Positions 16,964-24,000 of a stretch of 24,000 nucleotides of DNA are shown piece by piece. The translations under genes were made by a program, and so were the position numbers. The stretch lies in assembly GCA_017466445.1 (NCBI GenBank), contig JAFTUC010000019.1, forward strand, positions 1-24,000, written 5' to 3'. The DNA is from Clostridia bacterium (GTDB lineage Bacteria > Bacillota > Clostridia > Oscillospirales > CAG-272). The notes beneath the pieces were generated by a model that worked only from the letters and a program-made list of their open reading frames with translations, did no database searches and was not told where the DNA came from. The number at the start of each line of letters is the position of its first letter. The stretch's first letter is position 1.

Positions 16964-17272
16964 GTGGCTGATAAGAAGATCAAAAACAACGTCGAAACCG
17001 ACGAAAAGAAGAAGGCTAAAGAGCTTGCAAAGGCTGAAAAGGCCAAGGCTAAGGAAGCCAAAAAGGCAAAGAAAGCGAATACTGCGGGATTTCTTCGCAG
17101 CGTTGTTGCCGAAAGAAAGAAGATCACTTGGTACGCAGGTAAGCAGAGCGTAAACTCTACCGTAGCGGTTATAATCACTATGGTGATCTGCGCAGCGATC
17201 ATAGGCGTGGTTGACTGGATCCTCGGACAGGGTGTCAACTTTGTAGGTACTATCGGAGAAATGTTCAGATAA
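16964..17272 (+). CDS. secE: Preprotein translocase subunit SecE
   Basis: Lys/Ala-rich N-terminus, then FLRSVVAERKKITWYAGKQSVNSTVAVIITMVICAAIIGVVDWILGQG; position between rpmG and nusG. Confidence 0.95.
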   Translation: MADKKIKNNVETDEKKKAKELAKAEKAKAKEAKKAKKANTAGFLRSVVAERKKITWYAGKQSVNSTVAVIITMVICAAIIGVVDWILGQGVNFVGTIGEMFR

Positions 17273-17371
17273 TCCGATCTGTATTACAGCTCGCCAAAAA
17301 AATACCGCACGGTCCGGCGCTGTGCGGCAGAATGAAAATCCGCCGGAGAAACGGTAAGTGTAGCATAATTT

Positions 17372-17932
17372 ATGTCAGATATCGAATATACGGAAGAACT
17401 GAAATGGTACGTTGCTCATACCTATTCGGGATACGAAAATAAGGTAAAGAGCAATCTTGAAAAGATCGTTGAAAATCGCGGTCTTCAGGAGTTTTTTGAA
17501 GATATCCGTATTCCCGTGGAAAAGACTACGGAAACAGACGGAGAAAAGACCAAAGAGGTCGAAACTAAGATTTTTCCGTGCTACGTTTTTGTGAAAATGG
17601 TTATGTCTGACCTTACCTGGCATGTCGTACGAAACATAAACGGAGTTACCGGCTTTGTCGGACCCGGATCAAGACCCGTGCCGCTCACAGACAGAGAGGT
17701 AGCGGAGATGGGACTCGAAAGCGCGGATGCTGTCAGCATCGGAATTGCTAAGGAGCTCCCGTACAACGTCGGAGACAGCGTAAAGGTCACCGCAGGATCC
17801 TTCAGCGGATTCATCGGAACCGTAAGCTCTATTTCCGATGACAAGACCAAGGTTATGGTAATGCTCAATATGTTCGGACGAGAAACGGCAGCAGAGATCG
17901 ATGCCGAATCGCTTGAGATACTCACTTTCTGA
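17372..17932 (+). CDS. nusG: Transcription termination/antitermination protein NusG
   Basis: KWYVAHTYSGYENKVKSNLEKIVENRGL, FPCYVFVKMVMSDLTWHVVRNINGVTGFVG, KOW motif. Confidence 0.97.
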   Translation: MSDIEYTEELKWYVAHTYSGYENKVKSNLEKIVENRGLQEFFEDIRIPVEKTTETDGEKTKEVETKIFPCYVFVKMVMSDLTWHVVRNINGVTGFVGPGSRPVPLTDREVAEMGLESADAVSIGIAKELPYNVGDSVKVTAGSFSGFIGTVSSISDDKTKVMVMLNMFGRETAAEIDAESLEILTF

Positions 17933-17986
17933 CAGAGGCGATTAAAAACGGTCATTGCAGATCACAAAAGGATGATCTGTGCAAAT

Positions 17987-18036
17987 ATGTGGGAGGAAGA
18001 AAATTTTTCTTACATTCTTCCGACGTATAACCACAT
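17987..18036 (+). promoter_or_regulatory. Candidate ribosomal protein L1 binding structure in the rplK leader
   Basis: ATGTGG 17987-17992 / CCACAT 18031-18036 and GGAAG 17995-17999 / CTTCC 18017-18021, separated by an asymmetric internal loop (GA opposite GACGTATAA); the GTGGGAGG...CCAC arrangement resembles 23S rRNA helix 76. Confidence 0.6.
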
Positions 18037-18053
18037 TTTGGAGGTATATTACT

Positions 18054-18479
18054 ATGGCAAAGAAAATAGCAGGTTATATCAAGCTTCAGCTTCCCGCCGG
18101 CAAGGCAATGCCCGGTCCGCCCGTAGGTCCCGCACTCGGACAGTACAGCGTTTCGATTCCTAACTTCACCAAGGAATTCAACGAGCGTACCAAGGCACAG
18201 GCAGGTCTCATTATCCCCGTAGTTATCACGGTTTATGCAGACCGCACCTTTACTTTTATCACCAAGACTCCGCCCGCAGCAGTTCTTATCAAGAAGGCTG
18301 TAGGTCTTGATTCGGGATCGGGTGTTCCCAACAAGACCAAGGTCGGCAACATAACCAAGGCACAGCTCAGAGAGATCGCAGAGCTCAAGATGCCCGACCT
18401 TAACGCGGCATCCGTAGAGGCTGCAATGAGCATGATCGCAGGAACGGCACGCAGCATGGGTGTCGTAGTTGTTGACTGA
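18054..18479 (+). CDS. rplK: 50S ribosomal protein L11
   Basis: [43 protein letters not shown]...; start at 18054 with TTGGAGG ribosome-binding site. Confidence 0.98.
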   Translation: MAKKIAGYIKLQLPAGKAMPGPPVGPALGQYSVSIPNFTKEFNERTKAQAGLIIPVVITVYADRTFTFITKTPPAAVLIKKAVGLDSGSGVPNKTKVGNITKAQLREIAELKMPDLNAASVEAAMSMIAGTARSMGVVVVD

Positions 18480-18496
18480 GAAGGAGGGAATTAACG

Positions 18497-19195
18497 ATGG
18501 CTATAAAAGGTAAAAAGTATCAGGACAGCGCAAAGCTGTTTGAAAAGTCCAAGCTTTACGACAAGGCAGACGCTATCGCGCTCGTATGCCAGACGTCCAA
18601 GGCTAAGTTTGATGAGACTATAGAGGTTCACGTTCGTCTCGGCGTTGACTCCCGTCACGCTGACCAGCAGGTAAGAGGTGCGGTAGTTCTTCCTCACGGA
18701 ACCGGTAAGACCGTCCGTGTTCTCGCTCTCGTAAAGCCCGAGATGGAAGAGGCTGCAAAGGCAGCAGGTGCTGATTACGCAGGCTCTGACGAGTATATCG
18801 AGAAGATCCAGAAGGAAAACTGGTTCGATTTCGATATCATCATCACCACTCCCAACATGATGGGTGCTATCGGTCGTCTCGGCCGTGTGCTCGGACCTAA
18901 GGGTCTTATGCCTAACCCCAAGTCGGGAACAGTTACCATGGATATCGCACGTGCGATAAACGAGGCTAAAGCAGGTAAGATCGAGTACCGTCTCGACAAG
19001 ACCAACATTATCCACTGCCCCATCGGAAAGGCATCCTTCGGTGCTGAAAAGCTTGCTGAGAACTTCGACACTCTTATCGGAGCTATCATCAAGGCAAAGC
19101 CCGCAGCTGCAAAGGGACAGTATATAAAGAGCTGCGTTCTTGCATCTACTATGGGCCCCGGAGTTAAGGTTAACTACTCCAAGCTCGGCAGCTAA
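18497..19195 (+). CDS. rplA: 50S ribosomal protein L1
   Basis: [84 protein letters not shown]. Confidence 0.98.
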   Translation: MAIKGKKYQDSAKLFEKSKLYDKADAIALVCQTSKAKFDETIEVHVRLGVDSRHADQQVRGAVVLPHGTGKTVRVLALVKPEMEEAAKAAGADYAGSDEYIEKIQKENWFDFDIIITTPNMMGAIGRLGRVLGPKGLMPNPKSGTVTMDIARAINEAKAGKIEYRLDKTNIIHCPIGKASFGAEKLAENFDTLIGAIIKAKPAAAKGQYIKSCVLASTMGPGVKVNYSKLGS

Positions 19196-19214
19196 TCAAT
19201 TTAACTGAGACAAT

Positions 19215-19239
19215 GGGGGTTGCATTATTTGTAACCCCC
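19215..19239 (+). terminator. Intrinsic terminator downstream of rplA
   Basis: GGGGGTT - 11 nt - AACCCCC followed by gTTTGTTTT. Confidence 0.85.
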
Positions 19240-19281
19240 GTTTGTTTTAAACTCGAATTTTCTGATAAAGGGGCGTAAAAG

Positions 19282-20184
19282 GTGCCTGAAAAAAATGTCG
19301 AAAAAAAGGGCGTGTCCGAAAAAACGCCCGATGCGATCGAAAAAAACAATCTGAAAAAATTCAAGCTGATAGACGGACTTTGCGCGTACGTTGTCTCGCT
19401 TGCCTTTTTTGCCTGCGCTTACGGATTTCTCAAAAATCTGATCGGAGTCTGGGCGATATATTTGGCGTGCGTTCTTTCGGTCACGGCGGTCATCTTGCTT
19501 GTGAAGCTTACGGGGCTCAGAGCCTCGTCGGTTTTTAAATTTTCTTCGCCGAAAAAGCTTGAGACACTCGGATGCTCGCTCGCGCTTGCGTCTGTTATAA
19601 TCATCTCTATGCCGCTGATACTTCTTTCTCAGCTGATAGCACCCGGACTTGCACTGACCTCGTTTAACGTGTATTCGGTGTCAAACAACACTTTTTCGGT
19701 CATAATACTCACAATTTTGCTCGCGATATGCGAAAATCTTCTTTTTGACGGCTATATATATTCCCGCTTTAAGGCTATAGATAATATTGCTATCCGCGCC
19801 GCCGTGATCGCACTGATGGCTTCGGCTATGAAGCTCGATCTGTACGCGCTTCCGTGCGTGCTTGTTGCGTCGCTCGCCTGCTTTCTCCTCAGAAGGTTTA
19901 CCGGTTCGCTTACTCTTCCGCTCGTGCTCAGAATATGCAGCTCGATGTTCGTTACCGCTATGAGTGCGGCATCTGCGGGAGCTTCCGAGCTTTTGGGAGA
20001 AGCGATGGGAGGAGTGCAGGTTACAGGTATGTCGCTCATATTTTTGGGGATCGCCTGCCCGTGCGTTACCGGAGCGTTCGGAGCGTTCGGAAGACTTGAT
20101 GGCAAAGGAAAGACGGTCGGAATAATTACCGGCGCCGCCGCTATAATCCTTGTTGCGATCGGAAGCGGTATCTCGTCGCTCTGA
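19282..20184 (+). CDS. CPBP-family-like membrane protein with degenerate protease motifs
   Basis: Multi-TM, with ICENLLFDGYIYSRF aligning to the CPBP motif EExxFRGxxxxxL and GSLTLPLVLRICSSMF aligning to the GSxxxPxxxHxxxN motif. Confidence 0.6.
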   Translation: MPEKNVEKKGVSEKTPDAIEKNNLKKFKLIDGLCAYVVSLAFFACAYGFLKNLIGVWAIYLACVLSVTAVILLVKLTGLRASSVFKFSSPKKLETLGCSLALASVIIISMPLILLSQLIAPGLALTSFNVYSVSNNTFSVIILTILLAICENLLFDGYIYSRFKAIDNIAIRAAVIALMASAMKLDLYALPCVLVASLACFLLRRFTGSLTLPLVLRICSSMFVTAMSAASAGASELLGEAMGGVQVTGMSLIFLGIACPCVTGAFGAFGRLDGKGKTVGIITGAAAIILVAIGSGISSL

Positions 20185-20254
20185 GCGGCATTTAAATTTG
20201 AAAATCACCCCGTAAAAACGGGATCTTATACATTTTCTGTACGGAGAAATGCTT

Positions 20255-21697
20255 ATGCGATACGTTATAGACGGATATGAGCCGAAAAGGCTTTTCGAAA
20301 TATTTGAGGAGATCAGCAGCATACCGAGAGGATCGGGAAATGAAAAGGGAATTGCCGATTATATCTGCTCCTTTGCAAAGGATCTTGGACTTTTTTGCCT
20401 TCGCGACCAAAATAATAACGTTTTCGTCAGAAAAAATGCGGGTAAAGGATACGAAAACGCTCCCGCATTTCTCCTTCAGGGGCATACCGATATGGTGTGT
20501 GAAAAAAACGCCGTGACGGTCCACGATTTTGCGACCGATCCCATAAAGCTTTATGTTGACGGAGGCTTTCTTAAGGCAAAGGGTACCACGCTCGGTGCGG
20601 ATGACGGAGTCGCGGTGGCAATGATGCTCGCTCTGCTCGAATCGAGCGAGGATATGCCGACGCTCGAATGTCTTTTCACCGTGGAGGAGGAGACCTCACT
20701 TAAGGGTGCCGAAAGCTTCGATTATTCGGTGGTTACGGCAAGAAAAATGATAAATATGGATTCGGAGGACGAGGGTGTCGCGGTCGTTTCGTCGGCAGGC
20801 GGAGCAGACGTCCTTCTGGAGCTTTTGACAGATAGGATACCTTGCCCCGACCGCCCGATAAGGATAAAGGTCACGGGACTTATGGGCGGTCATTCGGGAT
20901 GCGATATCCATACCTGCCGCCAAAACGCAAACAGGCTGATGGGCAGGATACTTTCACGCCTTTATGCAAGAAAGCCGTTCAATCTGGTCTCGATAAACGG
21001 CGGAAATATGAAGAATGCGATCGCACGTGAATGTGTTGCCGAAATATCGGTGATCGATCGCGAGATCATTGAAAATGAACTCGATATTCTTCGCGCGGAG
21101 CTTGAAGCCGAGCTTTGTGAGGAGGATAAGAAGCTCAAGATATACCTCGACAAGGGAAGAGCGTCTCAAAAAATGCTCACCTATAAGGATACCTCGTCTG
21201 TGATCTCTCTTCTGACGCTCACTCCAAACGGAGTTTTCTCGATGTCTCCCGTCTTTGACCGACTCGTGCGCACCTCATGTAACTGCGGTGTCGTCGAGAC
21301 CTCGGAGGACTCTGTAAGGATATGGATAAAAACGAGATCGTCACAAAACTCGGAGCATGAGTATCTTATATCGGTCTTAAGACGCTTCGGAACGGTCTTT
21401 GGAGCGAGATTCGAACTCAGCGGTGTCTACGAGGCTTGGGACTACGTTGAAAATTCACCCCTCGCACGCGACTTTTTGAGAATATACAGTGAGCTTTTCG
21501 GAGAGCTCGGCATAACGCCGAGGACAGAGGCGATACACGCGGGTCTTGAATGCGGAACTATAATATCGAGGCTCGGAGGATGTGACGCGATCGCGATCGG
21601 TCCGAACGTCTACGATATCCACTCGCCCGACGAAAGACTCGATCTTGAAAGCTTTGAGCGCTTCTGGAAACTCGTTCTTGCCCTTATAAGAGCATAA
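20255..21697 (+). CDS. pepD: Aminoacyl-histidine dipeptidase / beta-Ala-His dipeptidase (M20 family)
   Basis: LFEIFEEISSIPRGSGNEKGIADYI, LLQGHTDMVCEK, GTTLGADDGVAVAMMLALLE, LFTVEEETSLKGA, TGLMGGHSGCDIH. ATG 20255 better spaced from CGGAG than 20249. Confidence 0.95.
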   Translation: MRYVIDGYEPKRLFEIFEEISSIPRGSGNEKGIADYICSFAKDLGLFCLRDQNNNVFVRKNAGKGYENAPAFLLQGHTDMVCEKNAVTVHDFATDPIKLYVDGGFLKAKGTTLGADDGVAVAMMLALLESSEDMPTLECLFTVEEETSLKGAESFDYSVVTARKMINMDSEDEGVAVVSSAGGADVLLELLTDRIPCPDRPIRIKVTGLMGGHSGCDIHTCRQNANRLMGRILSRLYARKPFNLVSINGGNMKNAIARECVAEISVIDREIIENELDILRAELEAELCEEDKKLKIYLDKGRASQKMLTYKDTSSVISLLTLTPNGVFSMSPVFDRLVRTSCNCGVVETSEDSVRIWIKTRSSQNSEHEYLISVLRRFGTVFGARFELSGVYEAWDYVENSPLARDFLRIYSELFGELGITPRTEAIHAGLECGTIISRLGGCDAIAIGPNVYDIHSPDERLDLESFERFWKLVLALIRA

Positions 21698-21752
21698 AAT
21701 AGCCTGAATTTAGAAATTAACGGCGGAAATCCGCCTTGAATATGGAGGAAAA

Positions 21753-23120
21753 ATGAAGATCATACTCGTTGGTTGCGGAACGGTCGGTCTCTCGCTCGTG
21801 GCACCGCTGCAGAGCGAAGGACACGATATTACGGTTATCGACAGTGACGCAGGTGTAATCGAGCATATAAGTAACACCTATGACGTTATCGGATACGTCG
21901 GAAACGGAGCGACCTTTGACGTTCTGCGCTCTGTCGGAGTTGAAAACTGCGACCTTCTCATAGCAACTGCCGATTCGGACGAGCTTAATCTGCTTTGCTG
22001 CCTTTCCGCGCATAAGCTCGGTGCTAAAAACACTATTGCGAGAGTCAGAAATCCCGAATATGCGGGTCAGCTTTACGAGCTTAAGAATGATTTCGGTCTT
22101 TCAATGGCAATAAATCCCGAGCGTGCGGCGGCTGCCGAGATCGCGAGAATACTCAGATTTCCGTCGGCAACGAGCGTAGAGATATTTGCAAGAGGAAGAG
22201 CCGAGCTCGTTTCGTTCAGAGTTCCGAAGGGAAATCTTTTAGTCGGAAAGCAACTGCGTGAGCTTCCCTCGCTCGGTCTGTCCGTGCTCGTTTGTTCGGT
22301 AGACCGCGGCGGAGAGATATTCATTCCCGGAGGTACGTTTGTGATAAACGAGGGTGATAATCTCTACGTTACAGGCTCCCCGAAGGATATAAGCAGATCC
22401 TTTAAGAAGGCGGGGATCTATATAAATCCCGTAAAGAGCGTGATGATCGCGGGTGCGGAGACGATAAGCGATTACCTCGCCGATGCACTTGCTCAGCATA
22501 ATATCGGTGTCAAGATAATCGAGAACGATAAGACCCTTTCCTCCGCTTTTGCGAAGAAATACCCGAAGGCGGTCGTGCTTGAGGGTGAGCTTTCCGATCA
22601 TAGCCTTCTCGATGAGGAGGGACTTGATAAGACCGACGCTTTCGTGGCGCTTACAGGACTCGATGAGGGAAATATTCTTTCGGCACTTTACGCAAAGGAA
22701 AAGAAGGTTCCCAAGATCATAGCGAAGGTCGCGGGCGATAATCTTTTCTCAATGTTCAAGGGACGTGAGATAGACACCATCATCTCTCCCAAGCACGTAA
22801 CTCTTAACGAGATCTTGAGATATGTAAGGGCGATAGCCGCGAGTGGATCGGAGGGAAGCATCCTTTCTCTTTATAAGATCGTGGGAGGAAAGGTCGAGGT
22901 GCTCGAGTTCGAGGCGGACGCCGATATGAAGGATGTAATAAACATTCCGCTCAGCGTTCTCAAGATAAAAAAGAACGTCCTTATCGCGTGCATAGTCAGA
23001 AGTAATAAGGCACTCGTTCCAAAGGGGTCTGATATGATAATGCCCGGGGATAGCGTGCTTGTGGTAAGTGCGAACGGACGTATAACAGGTCTTGGCGATA
23101 TAATTGACGAAATAAAGTAA
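21753..23120 (+). CDS. trkA: Trk system potassium transporter TrkA (two RCK_N domains)
   Basis: MKIILVGCGTVGLSLVAPLQSEGHDITVID, GNGATFDVLRSVGVENCDLLIAT, second Rossmann GAETISDYLADAL, TGLDEGNILSALYAKE, SPKHVTLNEILRYVRA. Confidence 0.95.
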   Translation: MKIILVGCGTVGLSLVAPLQSEGHDITVIDSDAGVIEHISNTYDVIGYVGNGATFDVLRSVGVENCDLLIATADSDELNLLCCLSAHKLGAKNTIARVRNPEYAGQLYELKNDFGLSMAINPERAAAAEIARILRFPSATSVEIFARGRAELVSFRVPKGNLLVGKQLRELPSLGLSVLVCSVDRGGEIFIPGGTFVINEGDNLYVTGSPKDISRSFKKAGIYINPVKSVMIAGAETISDYLADALAQHNIGVKIIENDKTLSSAFAKKYPKAVVLEGELSDHSLLDEEGLDKTDAFVALTGLDEGNILSALYAKEKKVPKIIAKVAGDNLFSMFKGREIDTIISPKHVTLNEILRYVRAIAASGSEGSILSLYKIVGGKVEVLEFEADADMKDVINIPLSVLKIKKNVLIACIVRSNKALVPKGSDMIMPGDSVLVVSANGRITGLGDIIDEIK

Positions 23121-23135
23121 AAGAAGAATTGCGTA

Positions 23136-24000
23136 ATGAATAAAAAAATGATAGCGTATCTTTTGGGACGCATCCTGCTCGCAGAATGCTTTCTTATGAT
23201 ACCTGCAATGGTAGTGGGTGCCATATATAGCGAGATCTCGGCGCTTTCCTTTCTGATACCAATGACTATCCTGCTTCTCGCGGGACTTATATTCGGCTTC
23301 AAAAAGCCGACAAATACCGTAATATATGCCAGAGACGGCTTCTTCGTCGTTGCTGCAGCGTGGATACTTATGTCCATTATCGGCGCACTTCCTTTCTACA
23401 TAAGCAGCTTTGGAAGATTCGGCGGGGTTTCGCAGTTCTCCTCTATCTGGGACTGCATATTCGAGATGGTCTCGGGATTTACCACCACGGGAGCATCGGT
23501 TCTTTCCGATCCGGGATCGCTTCCGAAATGCCTGCTCTTCTGGAGAAGCTTTTCTCACTGGGTAGGCGGAATGGGAGTTCTCGTGTTCGTGCTCGCCATA
23601 ATGCCGATGTCCGATTCGATGCACCTTATGAAGGCGGAGGTTCCGGGTCCGGTCGTCGGAAAGCTTGTTCCCCGTATGCGTCAGACGGCAAAGATACTTT
23701 ACGCCGTATATACCGTTATGACGCTTGTTCTGATAGTCCTTCTGTGTATAGGAAAAATGCCTGTTTTTGATTCGATTTGTCATGCATTTGGCACAGCGGG
23801 AACAGGGGGCTTCTCGGTCAGGACAGAAGGAATAGCATTTTATAACAGCGCATATATAGATATTGTTCTTTCGATATTTATGCTCCTTTTTGGTATAAAC
23901 TTTAATCTTTTTTACCTCATACTTATAAAGAAAGCTAAGGAAGCGCTGAAAAGCGAGGAGCTCAGATGGTACCTGGTAATCGCGGCACTTGCGACCGTTG
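23136..24000 (+). CDS. trkH: TrkH/KtrB family potassium uptake membrane protein (truncated at window edge)
   Basis: Manual translation MNKKMIAYLLGRILLAECFLMIPAMVVG...ALPFYIS...FEMVSGFTTTGASVL...LFWRSFSHWVGGMGVLVFVLAIMP...FGTAGTGGFSVRTEGIAFYNS; selectivity-filter and SHWxGGMG motifs. Open at the window end. Confidence 0.96.
   Translation, partial: MNKKMIAYLLGRILLAECFLMIPAMVVGAIYSEISALSFLIPMTILLLAGLIFGFKKPTNTVIYARDGFFVVAAAWILMSIIGALPFYISSFGRFGGVSQFSSIWDCIFEMVSGFTTTGASVLSDPGSLPKCLLFWRSFSHWVGGMGVLVFVLAIMPMSDSMHLMKAEVPGPVVGKLVPRMRQTAKILYAVYTVMTLVLIVLLCIGKMPVFDSICHAFGTAGTGGFSVRTEGIAFYNSAYIDIVLSIFMLLFGINFNLFYLILIKKAKEALKSEELRWYLVIAALATV

Noticed and set aside
21721-21736. Terminator between pepD and trkA (GGCGGA-AA-TCCGCC)
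   Set aside because: Loop is only 2 nt and no T run follows; it is directly before the trkA ribosome-binding site, so only a weak local structure.
22749-23783. 344-aa minus-strand ORF
   Set aside because: Antisense to trkA 3' end and trkH; composition (Tyr/His/Arg-rich) is typical of a shadow frame.

Overview
The window looks like a mostly ordinary chromosomal segment of a spore-forming Clostridia-type Firmicute, flanked on the left (about 1-1440) by a visibly more AT-rich accessory block abutting the 3' end of guaA. The accessory block holds a DUF4304-like gene (truncated by the window edge), a standalone four-helix-bundle / 23S-rRNA-intervening-sequence (S23, Avd-like) protein gene, and a compact array of short perfect hairpins with 3-nt loops, linked by ATAACT/AGTTAT motifs, immediately upstream of that gene. 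This is the best candidate for an undescribed system. The core region encodes guaA (with a strikingly degenerate glutaminase domain), yunB, cimA, an OGG-type glycosylase, a FabG-like SDR, a DUF1292 protein, a CIRCE-controlled hsp20, a lipoprotein, rel, recJ, cdaR, cdaA, rpmG-secE-nusG-rplK-rplA, a catalytically degenerate CPBP-family membrane protein, pepD, trkA and partial trkH. Other points of interest are a 26-aa Cys/Arg-rich leader peptide overlapping the TTG start of rpmG, an L1-binding-site mimic upstream of rplK, a structured 5'UTR on hsp20, and absence of rplJ/rplL after rplA. All assignments are by reading sequence motifs; no database search was run.
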